The notes under the pieces: generated by a model | Seen by the model: only the letters and a program-made list of their open reading frames with translations | The model's database searches: none | What the model was told of the DNA's origin: nothing | From: Patescibacteria group bacterium | GTDB lineage: Bacteria; Patescibacteriota; Patescibacteriia; UBA9934 | Length of the DNA: 64,000 nucleotides | Direction of reading: 5' to 3' | Assembly (NCBI GenBank): GCA_041660165.1 | Contig: JBAZWW010000005.1 | Location: forward strand, 16,191-80,190 | Shown here: one piece after another, positions 28,479-37,924 of the stretch | Position numbering within the stretch: the first letter of the stretch is position 1 | Layout: every line of letters begins with the position of its first letter | Position numbers and translations under genes: made by a program

Positions 28479-30086
28479 ATGGCCACCCCGCTTCATGATC
28501 GCGCCCAAAAGGCGCTTGGCGGACTTATAGCGCTTCTCACGGAGTCGCTCCTTGAAGACGGGTCTTTTCTCTTGCGCGTTTCTCCATCAGCCGATTTTAC
28601 AAATTCTGAAGGCAGAATGTCCGCCTTTGCGCTTGGCCTGGCTTTGCGGTCTATTGCCAAGATCCCGCAGGCGGAAAGCGCCGGCGCTTTGCTTGCAGAG
28701 CGGTTGAAGAGGGAGGTGTCTGCTGACGGTTCATGGAATTATTGGCTTCGTTCTTCCTCAGACGCTAAACGAATGCCATTTCCTGATGATTTGGATTCTA
28801 CGAGCATCTGTCTCCAGGCCGTTTCGCTTTTTGATCCGGACTTTTTGACGGGCGACGTTCTAGCAAACTACGCAAAGCTTCTCATGACAGCGGAGGTTGC
28901 GCAGGCTGGCCCGTACGCCACCTGGCTTGTGGCATCATCCGCTCGCCGAGGTTGGCAAGATGTTGACCCCGTGGTGAACGCAAATATTGCGTCCGTGCTT
29001 TCTAGTCAGGACCGCGCGCTTTCAGGACTCGACGAATATGTACTGGCTGTTTTGAAGGACACCACCGCTCTTTCTCCTTACTATCCGTCTCGCGTTGCTT
29101 TTATCTCCGCGCTGTCTTTAGCGGATCGAGAGACATTTTCTTGGTTTGTTCGTGCGGAGGCTCAGTTGTTATTTTTGCAAGCTGAAAATCCGTTTGATCG
29201 GGCCATGCTGGCCGTAGCGCTGGTGAACGCTCACGCGGATGGGGCAATACTCGAAGAAATTCTTGAGACATGCCTGCGCGATGCGGAGAGCGGAGCGTGC
29301 GTGGCTCCGTATCCCGTTTGTCTTGACCGCATGAAGGGGAATGAGCCGTATTATGCCGGCGCCAAAGAAATCACTCTCTCTGCCAGCGCGGGCGCAATTT
29401 TTGCTTTGACAGAGGCCATTCATATAGGCGAGCAATTAAAGCCGGATGAACGGATGATGACGCTTCAGGAGTCCGTGAAACGTTTGGCGGTCATTGGAGG
29501 AGTAAGCGCGGACAGCGAAAAATCCATGTTTCCGTATCTGGTGGCATCTTCGCTTGATCGAGAAGAAGAACTGACGGATGATTTCTTTTTGCGCGTGTGC
29601 TTGGCCTATACTTTTGGGACGTTGGATGAGCTCTCAGCCGCGAAAGAAGTTTTTATGGCTCTTGGATATAGGACTGACGGGGAAGAGGTTCGTGCTTTTG
29701 AGGAGTATCTTCGGCATTTTCTGATGGCCAAGCAATTGACGGAAGATGCTCGAACTTGGGAAGAAGACTTGAGGCAGGGAAAAATGACGGTGGTGAATGA
29801 GGACGTGGTTGCTCGTTTAAAAAGTAAAGGGTTCAATCTTTCTTCCGTTGATTGGATGGACGCGCTTCACGTGGAGATGCAGAAAATCTATTGGTCAGAG
29901 AGTTTAGAAAGAGCGTGCTCCAGGATTTTTTCGCATGTGGAAATGGCCGGGGAGGTGTGCGAGGATTTGCCGGACATTTCTCGGCCGTTTTGGCGGGCGC
30001 TCGTTTCAAAATACGGGCGCAGTGCTCGTTTAGCGCTTGAGGAAAGAAACCGCGCCTTGGCTTTCTTGAAGTCCATGAAGCTGTAG
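28479..30086 (+). CDS. hypothetical protein, possible alpha/alpha-toroid (prenyltransferase/terpene-cyclase-like) fold
   Basis: DGSW and DDLDSTS motifs reminiscent of QW/DxDD(T) motifs; tentative. Confidence 0.35.
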   Translation: MATPLHDRAQKALGGLIALLTESLLEDGSFLLRVSPSADFTNSEGRMSAFALGLALRSIAKIPQAESAGALLAERLKREVSADGSWNYWLRSSSDAKRMPFPDDLDSTSICLQAVSLFDPDFLTGDVLANYAKLLMTAEVAQAGPYATWLVASSARRGWQDVDPVVNANIASVLSSQDRALSGLDEYVLAVLKDTTALSPYYPSRVAFISALSLADRETFSWFVRAEAQLLFLQAENPFDRAMLAVALVNAHADGAILEEILETCLRDAESGACVAPYPVCLDRMKGNEPYYAGAKEITLSASAGAIFALTEAIHIGEQLKPDERMMTLQESVKRLAVIGGVSADSEKSMFPYLVASSLDREEELTDDFFLRVCLAYTFGTLDELSAAKEVFMALGYRTDGEEVRAFEEYLRHFLMAKQLTEDARTWEEDLRQGKMTVVNEDVVARLKSKGFNLSSVDWMDALHVEMQKIYWSESLERACSRIFSHVEMAGEVCEDLPDISRPFWRALVSKYGRSARLALEERNRALAFLKSMKL

Positions 30087-30106
30087 CGTGTTATCATACT
30101 GGTGCT

Positions 30107-30649
30107 ATGGCAAAAAGGAAGACGCAGATAAAAAAGAAAGCAAAAATTACTCTACGAAGCGCCTCGGCTTTACGCTCGGCTGCTATTTTTGCGGCCAAGA
30201 TGAATCACCAGCGGTCCCTGGCTCAGAAGATGGCAGATATCATGACGTCCTCGTTTGGAAGTATGTCTTTCTTGGGCGGGAACGCGCTCTTATTTCTATT
30301 TTGGATTTTAGTGAATACAAAAGCGCTTCCGCTTTTTCCGGCCATTGATCCGTACCCGTTTTTCCTTTTAACAACCTTTGTTTCCCTTGAAGCGATTTTT
30401 CTTTCGATCATTGTGTTGATCAGTGAGAACAGAGCGGCGCGCGTGGCGGAACTACGTGAGGAAATAGATTTTCAGGTGAATGTGCAGGCGGAGCGGGAGA
30501 TTACGCATATTTTGAGAATGCTGGATGAAATTAGGCATCATTTGAAGATCTCCCATGAGGATGACAAGGAGTTTGAGGGGATGAAAGATATGATTGATGT
30601 AGAGAAATTAGAGCAGGAAATTCAAGAGGAAATCAGAGAAATGGCCTAG
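30107..30649 (+). CDS. DUF1003-like membrane protein
   Basis: two TM segments followed by ENRAARVAELREEIDFQVNVQAEREI pattern. Confidence 0.5.
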   Translation: MAKRKTQIKKKAKITLRSASALRSAAIFAAKMNHQRSLAQKMADIMTSSFGSMSFLGGNALLFLFWILVNTKALPLFPAIDPYPFFLLTTFVSLEAIFLSIIVLISENRAARVAELREEIDFQVNVQAEREITHILRMLDEIRHHLKISHEDDKEFEGMKDMIDVEKLEQEIQEEIREMA

Positions 30650-30730
30650 CCATGAATGATTGACGAACAGGAGGAAATTATATAAGATACTTATCTAATA
30701 ATTTCTCTTGGTTTTTAGTTCCCTCTGTCT

Positions 30731-32542
30731 ATGGACATTCCTGCTGTTCTGCCGATTGTCGTTTCTCCGGTGCGCAAATGGGGCATGCTCGTGGTGTTAA
30801 GCTTGGCGTTGGCTGTTATTATTCTCGACACGACAATTTTGAACGTGGCGCTGGCCTCCATTATTAGAGACTTACAAACAGACATTCAAAGCATCCAGTG
30901 GGTCATCACCGCCTACTCGCTCACCCTCGCGTCCTTTACGATTACGGGCGGACGCATGGGCGACATTTTCGGCAAGAAGCGGATGTTCATGTTCGGAGCC
31001 GTGCTGTTCGCGGTTGGTTCGTTCATAGCTTCAGTTTCGATGAACGTGCCGATGCTCATTGCGGGGGAGTCGATCATTGAGGGAATCGGCGCGGCGCTGA
31101 TGATGCCGGCTACCGCCTCACTTCTCGTCGAGAATTTCTTTGGGCGCGAACGGGCGATTGCCTTTGGCGTGTGGGGCGGTATTGCCGGTGCTTCGGCTGC
31201 TCTTGGTCCCATCCTTGGCGGATATCTCGCCACGAATTACAGCTGGCGCTGGGGCTTCAGGGTCAACCTCATCGTCGTTGGTCTCCTCATCATTGGCTCG
31301 CTTCTTATTCCGAAAGTGAAAATACTCGAAAAGAAGCCAAGGCTGGATTTTGTCGGGGTTTTGCTTTCAGCTACCGGCATGTTCTCGCTTGTCTTCGGCT
31401 TGATCGAGTCCTCTACTTACGGCTGGTGGAAAGCCAAGGCTGTGTTCACGGCCTTTGATTACCTTGTTACGCCGTGGTGGGGATTGTCCGTCGTTCCGAT
31501 TTTCATCCTTGTTGGTTTTATCATTCTCGGGATCTTCCTCACCTGGGAGGCTTTGTATGAAAAGAGGGGCAAGATCCCGCTTGTTTCACTTGGCCTGTTC
31601 AAAAATCGAACGTTCACTTCCGGCATTGCCACCACCGCCATCATGTCGCTTGGCCAAACGGGCCTCATCTTTTCTTTGCCGGTGTTTTTACAATCCGTTC
31701 GGGGGCTCGATGCATACCATACTGGCCTTAGCTTGTTGCCGATGTCATTGTCGCTCCTCGTCGTGGCTCCGCTCTCAGCCATCTTGAGCAAGAAGATTTC
31801 GCCTAAGGTCTTGATTGCGCTTGGTCTCTTCATTAACTGTCTGGCGTACGTTGTCCTCTATCACACCTTGAATCTTGACACGACGAGCCATGACCTCATG
31901 CCCGGCCTGGCGCTCTTTGGCATTGGCATGGGCTTTGTGATGAGCCAGGTGAACAACATTACTCTCTCGGCTGTCAAACCTCAGCAAGCTGGTGAAGCTT
32001 CGGGTTTGAACGCCACGCTTCGGCAAGTTGGCTCCACGCTTGGCTCCGCTATCATGGGTGCCATTTTGATCGGCGCGCTTGGTTCGCAAATGGCCGGCGG
32101 AGTAGACTCGAGCACTGTTATTCCGAGTGAGTTGAAACCCATTTTGGCGAGTGCCATGCAAACGCAATCTTCTAATGTTGAATTCGGCGGAGGCGCGCAT
32201 ATTAACGGCCAGTTGTCTGATGACGTGAAGACCGAGGTCCTGCGCATTGGCCACCAAGCAACCGTTGATGCCAGCAAGCAGACGCTGGCCTTTGGTGGTC
32301 TCTTTGCCTTCCTTGGTTTCCTCTCGGCGTGTATTCTTTTGCCGGGGAAGAAGAGAATTGCGAAGGATGATTCTATCAGTGAGGTTGTGTCGAGCGTTCC
32401 TTCACGAGCATTTGATACGAGCATGATCGGCGAGCTCATTGCGCTCGATGCGTCGAGAATTGCCTCTGGCAAACCGGGGATTGGGGATGAAGTGCGGGTG
32501 TTGATTGACGGGATTCGCGCGGACTCTATGAATTCCTTGTAA
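30731..32542 (+). CDS. MFS transporter, DHA2 (14-TM drug:H+ antiporter) family
   Basis: DTTILNVALASI, GGRMGDIFGKKRMF motifs; 14 predicted TM. Confidence 0.85.
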   Translation: MDIPAVLPIVVSPVRKWGMLVVLSLALAVIILDTTILNVALASIIRDLQTDIQSIQWVITAYSLTLASFTITGGRMGDIFGKKRMFMFGAVLFAVGSFIASVSMNVPMLIAGESIIEGIGAALMMPATASLLVENFFGRERAIAFGVWGGIAGASAALGPILGGYLATNYSWRWGFRVNLIVVGLLIIGSLLIPKVKILEKKPRLDFVGVLLSATGMFSLVFGLIESSTYGWWKAKAVFTAFDYLVTPWWGLSVVPIFILVGFIILGIFLTWEALYEKRGKIPLVSLGLFKNRTFTSGIATTAIMSLGQTGLIFSLPVFLQSVRGLDAYHTGLSLLPMSLSLLVVAPLSAILSKKISPKVLIALGLFINCLAYVVLYHTLNLDTTSHDLMPGLALFGIGMGFVMSQVNNITLSAVKPQQAGEASGLNATLRQVGSTLGSAIMGAILIGALGSQMAGGVDSSTVIPSELKPILASAMQTQSSNVEFGGGAHINGQLSDDVKTEVLRIGHQATVDASKQTLAFGGLFAFLGFLSACILLPGKKRIAKDDSISEVVSSVPSRAFDTSMIGELIALDASRIASGKPGIGDEVRVLIDGIRADSMNSL

Positions 32543-32624
32543 GTAAAAAAGGTGGGTCTTTGTTATAGCTACAGTGTAGCTTTTGCTAATGCAACATTGT
32601 TGCACTATGGAGGTCTTCCATCTG

Positions 32625-32715
32625 AGAGGAGGCGACCACCTCTAGACCCCCGCCCGGACGATCCGGTCGGACGGGCTTCCTCACGTCAGGATCTAATCAC
32701 GTCAGAGCCTGATCC
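32625..32715. repeat. GC-rich palindromic intergenic element sharing CCACCTCTAGACCCC with 36893-36960
   Basis: CCACCTCTAGACCCCC + palindrome GCCCGGACGATCCGGTCGGACGGGC + CCTCACGTCAGGATC; related to other repeat families in window. Confidence 0.4.
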
Positions 32716-32769
32716 ACTCAATTCAGCTCTTCCCTTAAAAGGCTCTCTTCAGTATCATTGCGCATCATT

Positions 32770-34548
32770 ATGCGTCCTCTTCTAGAAGTTAAAAGTCTCC
32801 ACAAAACGTACGGCAAACAGGTAGTCCTCGACAACCTGTCTTTTGTGGTGTCTGAGGGGCAGAAGATTGCGCTTATTGGGAGAAATGGGGCGGGTAAATC
32901 GACGCTCCTTAATATCCTTATAGGCAAGGAGGAATCAGATAGTGGGGAAGTGGTTATTTTGCCATGGACAAGGATTGGCGTAGTCCATCAGCATGAAATA
33001 TTACCGAGTGACGTTTCTACCGAGCAGTACTTTGAGATCAAAAGCGGAAAGCCACAATGGGAAACCAGGAAACTCGCCGCTAAGTTTGGACTTGGTCTCG
33101 AAGAACTTGGCAAACCGCCAAGCGCGCTGTCGGGCGGATATCAGATGCGCGTGAAGATCGTCGCGATGCTTCTCGCTGAGCCGAATTTGCTGTTGCTCGA
33201 CGAGCCGGTGAACTACCTCGACCTTTCGACTCTTCTCTTGCTCGAGCGCTTCTTGTTCGAGTACGAGGGGAGCTTCATTGTCACGGCGCATGATCGAGAA
33301 TTCTTGCAGAATACTTGCACCGATACGTTCGAGATCGAACGCGCCGAGCTGACCACGTATCCTGGGGCGGTTGAGGAATACTTTGCGTGGAAAGAAGAAC
33401 AGAAGGAGTTTCAGTTAAGAACAAATAAAAGGTTGAAACGGGAGATAGCTCATCATCAGGACTTTGTTGATCGTTTCCGCTATAAGGCCAGTCAGGCATC
33501 GAGGGCTCAAAGCAAGATCAAACATATCGCGAAACTACGCCATCAAATCGCTACGGTTCATGGCGCGCTGACAACGTCAAGGATTGTGATTCCCACTCCG
33601 CACTTTATTCCTGGTACGGCAGTTCGAGCAGAGAAGATGACCATCGGTTACTCGGACAAAGTGATTGCGAGTGACATTACTTTCGAGTTCAAGCGGGGCG
33701 AGAAGATCGTGATTGCCGGTGAAAACGGGCGGGGCAAGTCAACGCTTTTGAAAACGCTGGCGAGCAGAATTTCGCCACTCGAAGGATCCTTTAAGTGGTG
33801 GCATAAGGCGGATATTGGATACTACGATCAGAAGACTGATGCCACGCTGATTCCGCAAGAAACCGTGCTTGCCTATCTCACCAAGATGGCGCCAGTTCAC
33901 ACTTCCGGCGAGCGGATTTTGATGATGGCGGGCAACTTTTTGTTTCGAAATGATGACCTCGAAAAGACGTGTAGCGTGCTGTCCGGTGGTGAGCGAGCTC
34001 GTCTCTGTCTTGCTGGCATTCTTTTGCACGAGCATAACGTGCTGATCCTTGACGAACCGACCAACCACCTTGATGTTGAGACCGCCGAAGCGCTGGCGCT
34101 GGCGCTCAAGGAATACGGCGGGACGGTTATTTTCGTATCCCACGCCCGCACGTTCGTAAACGCGCTCGCGGACCAGATTTATGAGATTCGCGGGGGTACA
34201 TTGCGCCACTATGTGGGGACGTATGAAGAATATGTCGCTGACCTGGCGGACGCGACCACCCTGACCACCGACTCCCCCGTAGCCCCCCTCGGGCGTAGCC
34301 CTCAACCCTACGGGCGAGCCTCTTGGAAGGAGGGGGAGCGCACCACCCTGAACAAGTCCGAGGCGCATGCGCTCCAAAAAGAAGAGCGCCGTAGGGCCGA
34401 GCGCGAAAAACAAAAACTCGCCCTCCTGGAAAAAGAGAAGAGCGAAATTCTCGCCTACTTCTTTGAGAATCCAACTGACTACGCCCCAGCCAAGGCGACG
34501 AGGCTGAAGGAGCTAGACGAGCTCATTGAGCGGAGTTCAAGATCCTGA
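32770..34548 (+). CDS. ABC-F family ATPase (tandem ABC domains, no TM)
   Basis: two Walker A (GRNGAGKST, GENGRGKST) and two signatures (LSGGYQMRV, LSGGERARL); C-terminal coiled coil. Confidence 0.85.
   Translation: MRPLLEVKSLHKTYGKQVVLDNLSFVVSEGQKIALIGRNGAGKSTLLNILIGKEESDSGEVVILPWTRIGVVHQHEILPSDVSTEQYFEIKSGKPQWETRKLAAKFGLGLEELGKPPSALSGGYQMRVKIVAMLLAEPNLLLLDEPVNYLDLSTLLLLERFLFEYEGSFIVTAHDREFLQNTCTDTFEIERAELTTYPGAVEEYFAWKEEQKEFQLRTNKRLKREIAHHQDFVDRFRYKASQASRAQSKIKHIAKLRHQIATVHGALTTSRIVIPTPHFIPGTAVRAEKMTIGYSDKVIASDITFEFKRGEKIVIAGENGRGKSTLLKTLASRISPLEGSFKWWHKADIGYYDQKTDATLIPQETVLAYLTKMAPVHTSGERILMMAGNFLFRNDDLEKTCSVLSGGERARLCLAGILLHEHNVLILDEPTNHLDVETAEALALALKEYGGTVIFVSHARTFVNALADQIYEIRGGTLRHYVGTYEEYVADLADATTLTTDSPVAPLGRSPQPYGRASWKEGERTTLNKSEAHALQKEERRRAEREKQKLALLEKEKSEILAYFFENPTDYAPAKATRLKELDELIERSSRS
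34265..34341. repeat. MITE-like element inserted in frame in the ABC-F gene, flanked by 10-bp direct repeats ACCACCCTGA
   Basis: direct repeats at 34255-34264 and 34342-34351 (87 nt apart); inside TIR-like CTCCCCC...GGGGGAG and core CCTCGGGCGTAGCCCT..CTACGGGCGAGCC shared with 36908 and 52498. Confidence 0.45.
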
Positions 34549-34550
34549 CG

Positions 34551-34892
34551 TTATTCAACTTCCTTATGCTGTTCCGGGTGCCACGCCGGTGTGCAGGGCA
34601 TGAACATTGTCATATTTCCTTCCCAATAGAATTTCTCTCCAGGTTCAATGAGCACCAAATCGCCCTCGGCAAGGGCATGTTCGGCGTCCTCGATGACAAT
34701 CTTGCCGGCGCCTTTGATAACGTAGCCCATCTCCTTGCATTCCAAGTTCGTGACCCTGCCCGTTGCCGGGTATCTACCGGTTAGCTCTACAACCGCGCCG
34801 TTAATATCCTTGTCGTCCATTGGATACTCGACAGCAATACAGACGTTGCTGTTTTTATTGGTATGCGTTTCAGATTTGTGAGAGATTTTCAT
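34551..34892 (-). CDS. cupin-domain protein
   Basis: small beta-barrel pattern (GYVIKGAGKIVIED..GDLVLIEPGEKFYWEG). Confidence 0.55.
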   Translation of the reverse strand: MKISHKSETHTNKNSNVCIAVEYPMDDKDINGAVVELTGRYPATGRVTNLECKEMGYVIKGAGKIVIEDAEHALAEGDLVLIEPGEKFYWEGNMTMFMPCTPAWHPEQHKEVE

Positions 34893-34959
34893 AGAAATTA
34901 TATAAGAGTCTTATGTAATATTTTTGAGGTCGCCGTGGGTGATACCAATTTTCATAGCG

Positions 34960-35277
34960 TTATTTGTAGGCAAACCAAAGTGCGCCGAGTGAAAGCAAAA
35001 GGGCGATCGCGCGATAGCTTGTAAACGTTTCCCCATAAAACCAACTTGCTACGCAAATCCCTACGATGATGGCGACTGCTTCCCAAACGAGAAAAAGCTG
35101 GCCAAAGTCAGAATATTTAAAGGCAATACTTACAGGTAGGGCGATCGATCCATAAATAAGAAATCCCCCAACCAAATATCTCCAATCGGTTAAACCGCCT
35201 TTTTTTAGGATCATATCGGCAATAACCGTAAGAATCACGCCGACAGAAATGGATGTTGAAATAAGAAGGAATTTCAT
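34960..35277 (-). CDS. small 4-TM membrane protein (SMR/DMT-like)
   Basis: 105 aa, four hydrophobic helices. Confidence 0.45.
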   Translation of the reverse strand: MKFLLISTSISVGVILTVIADMILKKGGLTDWRYLVGGFLIYGSIALPVSIAFKYSDFGQLFLVWEAVAIIVGICVASWFYGETFTSYRAIALLLSLGALWFAYK

Positions 35278-35684
35278 AACCGGCCGCCTTCCATAATTAT
35301 CTCTTTCATATTCGGCAGAAGGGGATACCCATCAATTTTGTTGATATCAATCCATACCGGAATGGTTTCGTCTGATGGGGCGAGTGTTCCCTGGAAAGTA
35401 TTGCAACGGAACACGAGGATGGTGAATTCCTTCGGTCCTTCCTTTCTCTTGATTACAGCTTTCCATTCGCGACCCAAAGAAACAAGGTCATTTGGCAATG
35501 CAGTCAGTCCTGTTTCTTCTTGGAGCTCACGTACGGCGGTGTCTTTCGGATCTTCGCCGGACTCGATCCTTCCGGCTGGCAATCCGTAGATGCCTTCAAT
35601 GTTGCCAGCTCCTTTTCTGTGTTTCACTAGCAACACCTTATTGTTTTGAATGATAAGTACGCCAACGCTCGGGATGGGGTTCAT
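35274..35684 (-). CDS. Nudix hydrolase
   Basis: Nudix box GLPAGRIESGEDPKDTAVRELQEETGL. Confidence 0.8.
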   Translation of the reverse strand: MNPIPSVGVLIIQNNKVLLVKHRKGAGNIEGIYGLPAGRIESGEDPKDTAVRELQEETGLTALPNDLVSLGREWKAVIKRKEGPKEFTILVFRCNTFQGTLAPSDETIPVWIDINKIDGYPLLPNMKEIIMEGGRL

Positions 35685-35687
35685 ATA

Positions 35688-36200
35688 TTATCGGAGATGT
35701 CTTCGCGCCTCTAGTAAGACGGCTAAATCTCTGGTTGTAATAAATTTGCCGTCATTATGTGTTGAGCCTAATTGCAAGAGTCTGATTGCTTCATCAAATG
35801 AGACCCACATGGGTATGAGGCCTTCTTCAATTTCTTCCTTCGTCAGTTCTGGTTGATTGATGTTGCCCGCCACTTTTGCAAGATAGCAATAGGATATTTG
35901 GAGCAGGTCGATGTAATTGCGATACTCGATCGTCACCCCAAGTTCGTTCGTGATCTCTATGTCACACCCAACTTCTTCTTTGATTTCTCGGTATAGAGCA
36001 TCTTTAATGTTCTCGTCTGGATCCAGACCTCCGCCGGGGAGTTTGTAATATCCCAGATTAGACATGTGTTGGAGCGCGATCATTCCGTCTTCTCGCAATA
36101 GAACGGCTCTTGCAGTTTTTCGCAGAAGATAGGGTTTGTCATACCGTTCTGATCCATCAATGCCTAAATCTTTTTCGGTGATTTCTAGGAGGATGTTCAT
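35688..36200 (-). CDS. Nudix hydrolase
   Basis: Nudix box KLPGGGLDPDENIKDALYREIKEEVGC. Confidence 0.8.
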   Translation of the reverse strand: MNILLEITEKDLGIDGSERYDKPYLLRKTARAVLLREDGMIALQHMSNLGYYKLPGGGLDPDENIKDALYREIKEEVGCDIEITNELGVTIEYRNYIDLLQISYCYLAKVAGNINQPELTKEEIEEGLIPMWVSFDEAIRLLQLGSTHNDGKFITTRDLAVLLEARRHLR

Positions 36201-36535
36201 AAGACGTGTGTTAACGCAAATTTCAGCATCTTCACCATCGCGTCTGCCGTCACTTTGTCGCCGTAGATGTTTCGGAATGTTTCCATGCGTTCTTGACTGG
36301 TTCCGAGGTGTTCGTGTTTTTCTACGGTCTCATCATTTTCGGTGATGTCGCCCAGTCGTTTTTCCCGAACCCCGGTAAGGATCGCCTTTGCAAATTCTTT
36401 AAGAGTTTCTCTGTTGACGAACGTGAGCTCATCGCCGATCTGTAGATCTTTATCATCGAATAACCTCCAGGTTGAGGTCTTTTCACCGGACAAGACGAGT
36501 GGAACGAGGTTCGGGGCGAATTTGAGGGTTTTCAT
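36197..36535 (-). CDS. ASCH/PUA-like domain protein
   Basis: LSGEKTSTWRL..GDEL pattern. Confidence 0.5.
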   Translation of the reverse strand: MKTLKFAPNLVPLVLSGEKTSTWRLFDDKDLQIGDELTFVNRETLKEFAKAILTGVREKRLGDITENDETVEKHEHLGTSQERMETFRNIYGDKVTADAMVKMLKFALTHVL

Positions 36536-36538
36536 AAT

Positions 36539-36898
36539 CTACGCCCCGTGGCATTCAATGAATTTCTTACCGCTATTGCAGTAACAGTCTGATAATTTTT
36601 CTTCAAGTTTGTTTAGTTTGCCTTTAGCTTGGCTTGGATTATTTCGGAGGAGATAGAGGAGCTGGTAGTCGCCGGTATTGCTTCGGATGTTTTCCAATGC
36701 CTCCTGCCATTCTTCAAGTGTGGTGGCTTCGTCTGCCTTTTTTTGTAGATCAAGAATATGCGCGAGGATTTCCGGTGGAATCACCACCGGATGTTCCTTG
36801 AGCCATTCCTCGAACTTTGCTCTATTCGCCCACCATTCGTCTCTTGAATATTTTTCGGGCATATTATTAGCGATCTTTGTATTTTCGATTCGCTCCAC
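36539..36898 (-). CDS. SEC-C motif protein
   Basis: C-terminal CYCNSGKKFIECHG metal-binding motif. Confidence 0.55.
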   Translation of the reverse strand: MERIENTKIANNMPEKYSRDEWWANRAKFEEWLKEHPVVIPPEILAHILDLQKKADEATTLEEWQEALENIRSNTGDYQLLYLLRNNPSQAKGKLNKLEEKLSDCYCNSGKKFIECHGA

Positions 36899-36960
36899 CT
36901 CTAGACCCCTCGGGCGTAGCCCTACGGGCGAGCCTTCAGCGCCAGAGTCTAATATGTTTG
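36893..36960. repeat. GC-rich palindromic element (CCACCTCTAGACCCC + CTCGGGCGTAGCCCTACGGGCGAGCC)
   Basis: shares left module with 32637 and hairpin core with 34289 and 52498. Confidence 0.4.
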
Positions 36961-36973
36961 CTGTATCAGTATT

Positions 36974-37168
36974 TTAGGAGGCATCGTCGGGACTATTTGT
37001 TACGTCTGGTTCCTTTTTGTCGATCGCTTCCGCATTAGTTTGAGAGTCTCCCTGACGTTGTCCACCGGCAAAGTGTTGCCGCACGAGTTCATTGGCTTTA
37101 TGAAGTGCTTCTTCTGGCGTGAGTTTGCGTTTTGGGTTATTTTTTTGATCCGGTTCGCCTTCTTTCAT
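36974..37168 (-). CDS. small hypothetical protein
   Basis: 64-aa ORF, charged. Confidence 0.3.
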   Translation of the reverse strand: MKEGEPDQKNNPKRKLTPEEALHKANELVRQHFAGGQRQGDSQTNAEAIDKKEPDVTNSPDDAS

Positions 37169-37177
37169 AGGAGATAT

Positions 37178-37915
37178 TTACTTCTTAAACCCGCTAATGG
37201 CCTGTAGAATTTCGAGCGGTACTGTGAACACGACCGTATTCGATTGATCCGAGCTGATGTCATTGATGGCGTTAAGTGTTCGAAGGTGAAGAGCTCCAGG
37301 AGTTTCACCAAGCAATTTGGCGGCGGCGGCCAGGTTTGTGGCAGCGGCTAATTCGCCCTCAGCGTTGATGATGACGGCTCGGCGTTCGCGTTCTGCTTCG
37401 GCCTGTTTGCCAATCGTGCGGACCATGTCGCCAAGGAGATTGATGTCCTTCAGCTCGACGGACGTTACTTCCACGCCCCAAGAAAGGGTTACTTCGTCAA
37501 CTTGTTTTTCGATTTTTTCGGAGATGGTGGCTCTCTGAGACAGGAGCTCGTCCAGCGTCACCTCGCCAATGATGTTGCGCATGGTGGTTTGCGCCAGCTG
37601 AAGCACGGCGTAGTTTACATTTTCGACATCAATAATGGCTTTAGCGGGATCAACAATTTTGTAGTAAATAACCGCGTTGATTTTGGCTGAGACGTTGTCT
37701 TTAGTGATCGTATCTTGGGCGGGAACGTCAATGGCCTTCAAGCGCAGGTCAACTTTTTTCATGAACTGGAACACGGGCACCACCACGCGCCAGCCCGGTT
37801 CAGCTACACTTGAGTATTTGCCCATGGTGAAACGGATGCCCCGTTCGTATTGATTCACCTGCCTGAGCGTAGCCAGGAATAGCACAATCACGATGAACGC
37901 AATGAAGCCGATCAT
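37178..37915 (-). CDS. SPFH/band-7 (stomatin/prohibitin-like) membrane protein
   Basis: N-terminal TM + SPFH domain pattern and coiled-coil. Confidence 0.85.
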   Translation of the reverse strand: MIGFIAFIVIVLFLATLRQVNQYERGIRFTMGKYSSVAEPGWRVVVPVFQFMKKVDLRLKAIDVPAQDTITKDNVSAKINAVIYYKIVDPAKAIIDVENVNYAVLQLAQTTMRNIIGEVTLDELLSQRATISEKIEKQVDEVTLSWGVEVTSVELKDINLLGDMVRTIGKQAEAERERRAVIINAEGELAAATNLAAAAKLLGETPGALHLRTLNAINDISSDQSNTVVFTVPLEILQAISGFKK

Positions 37916-37924
37916 AGGAGATAA

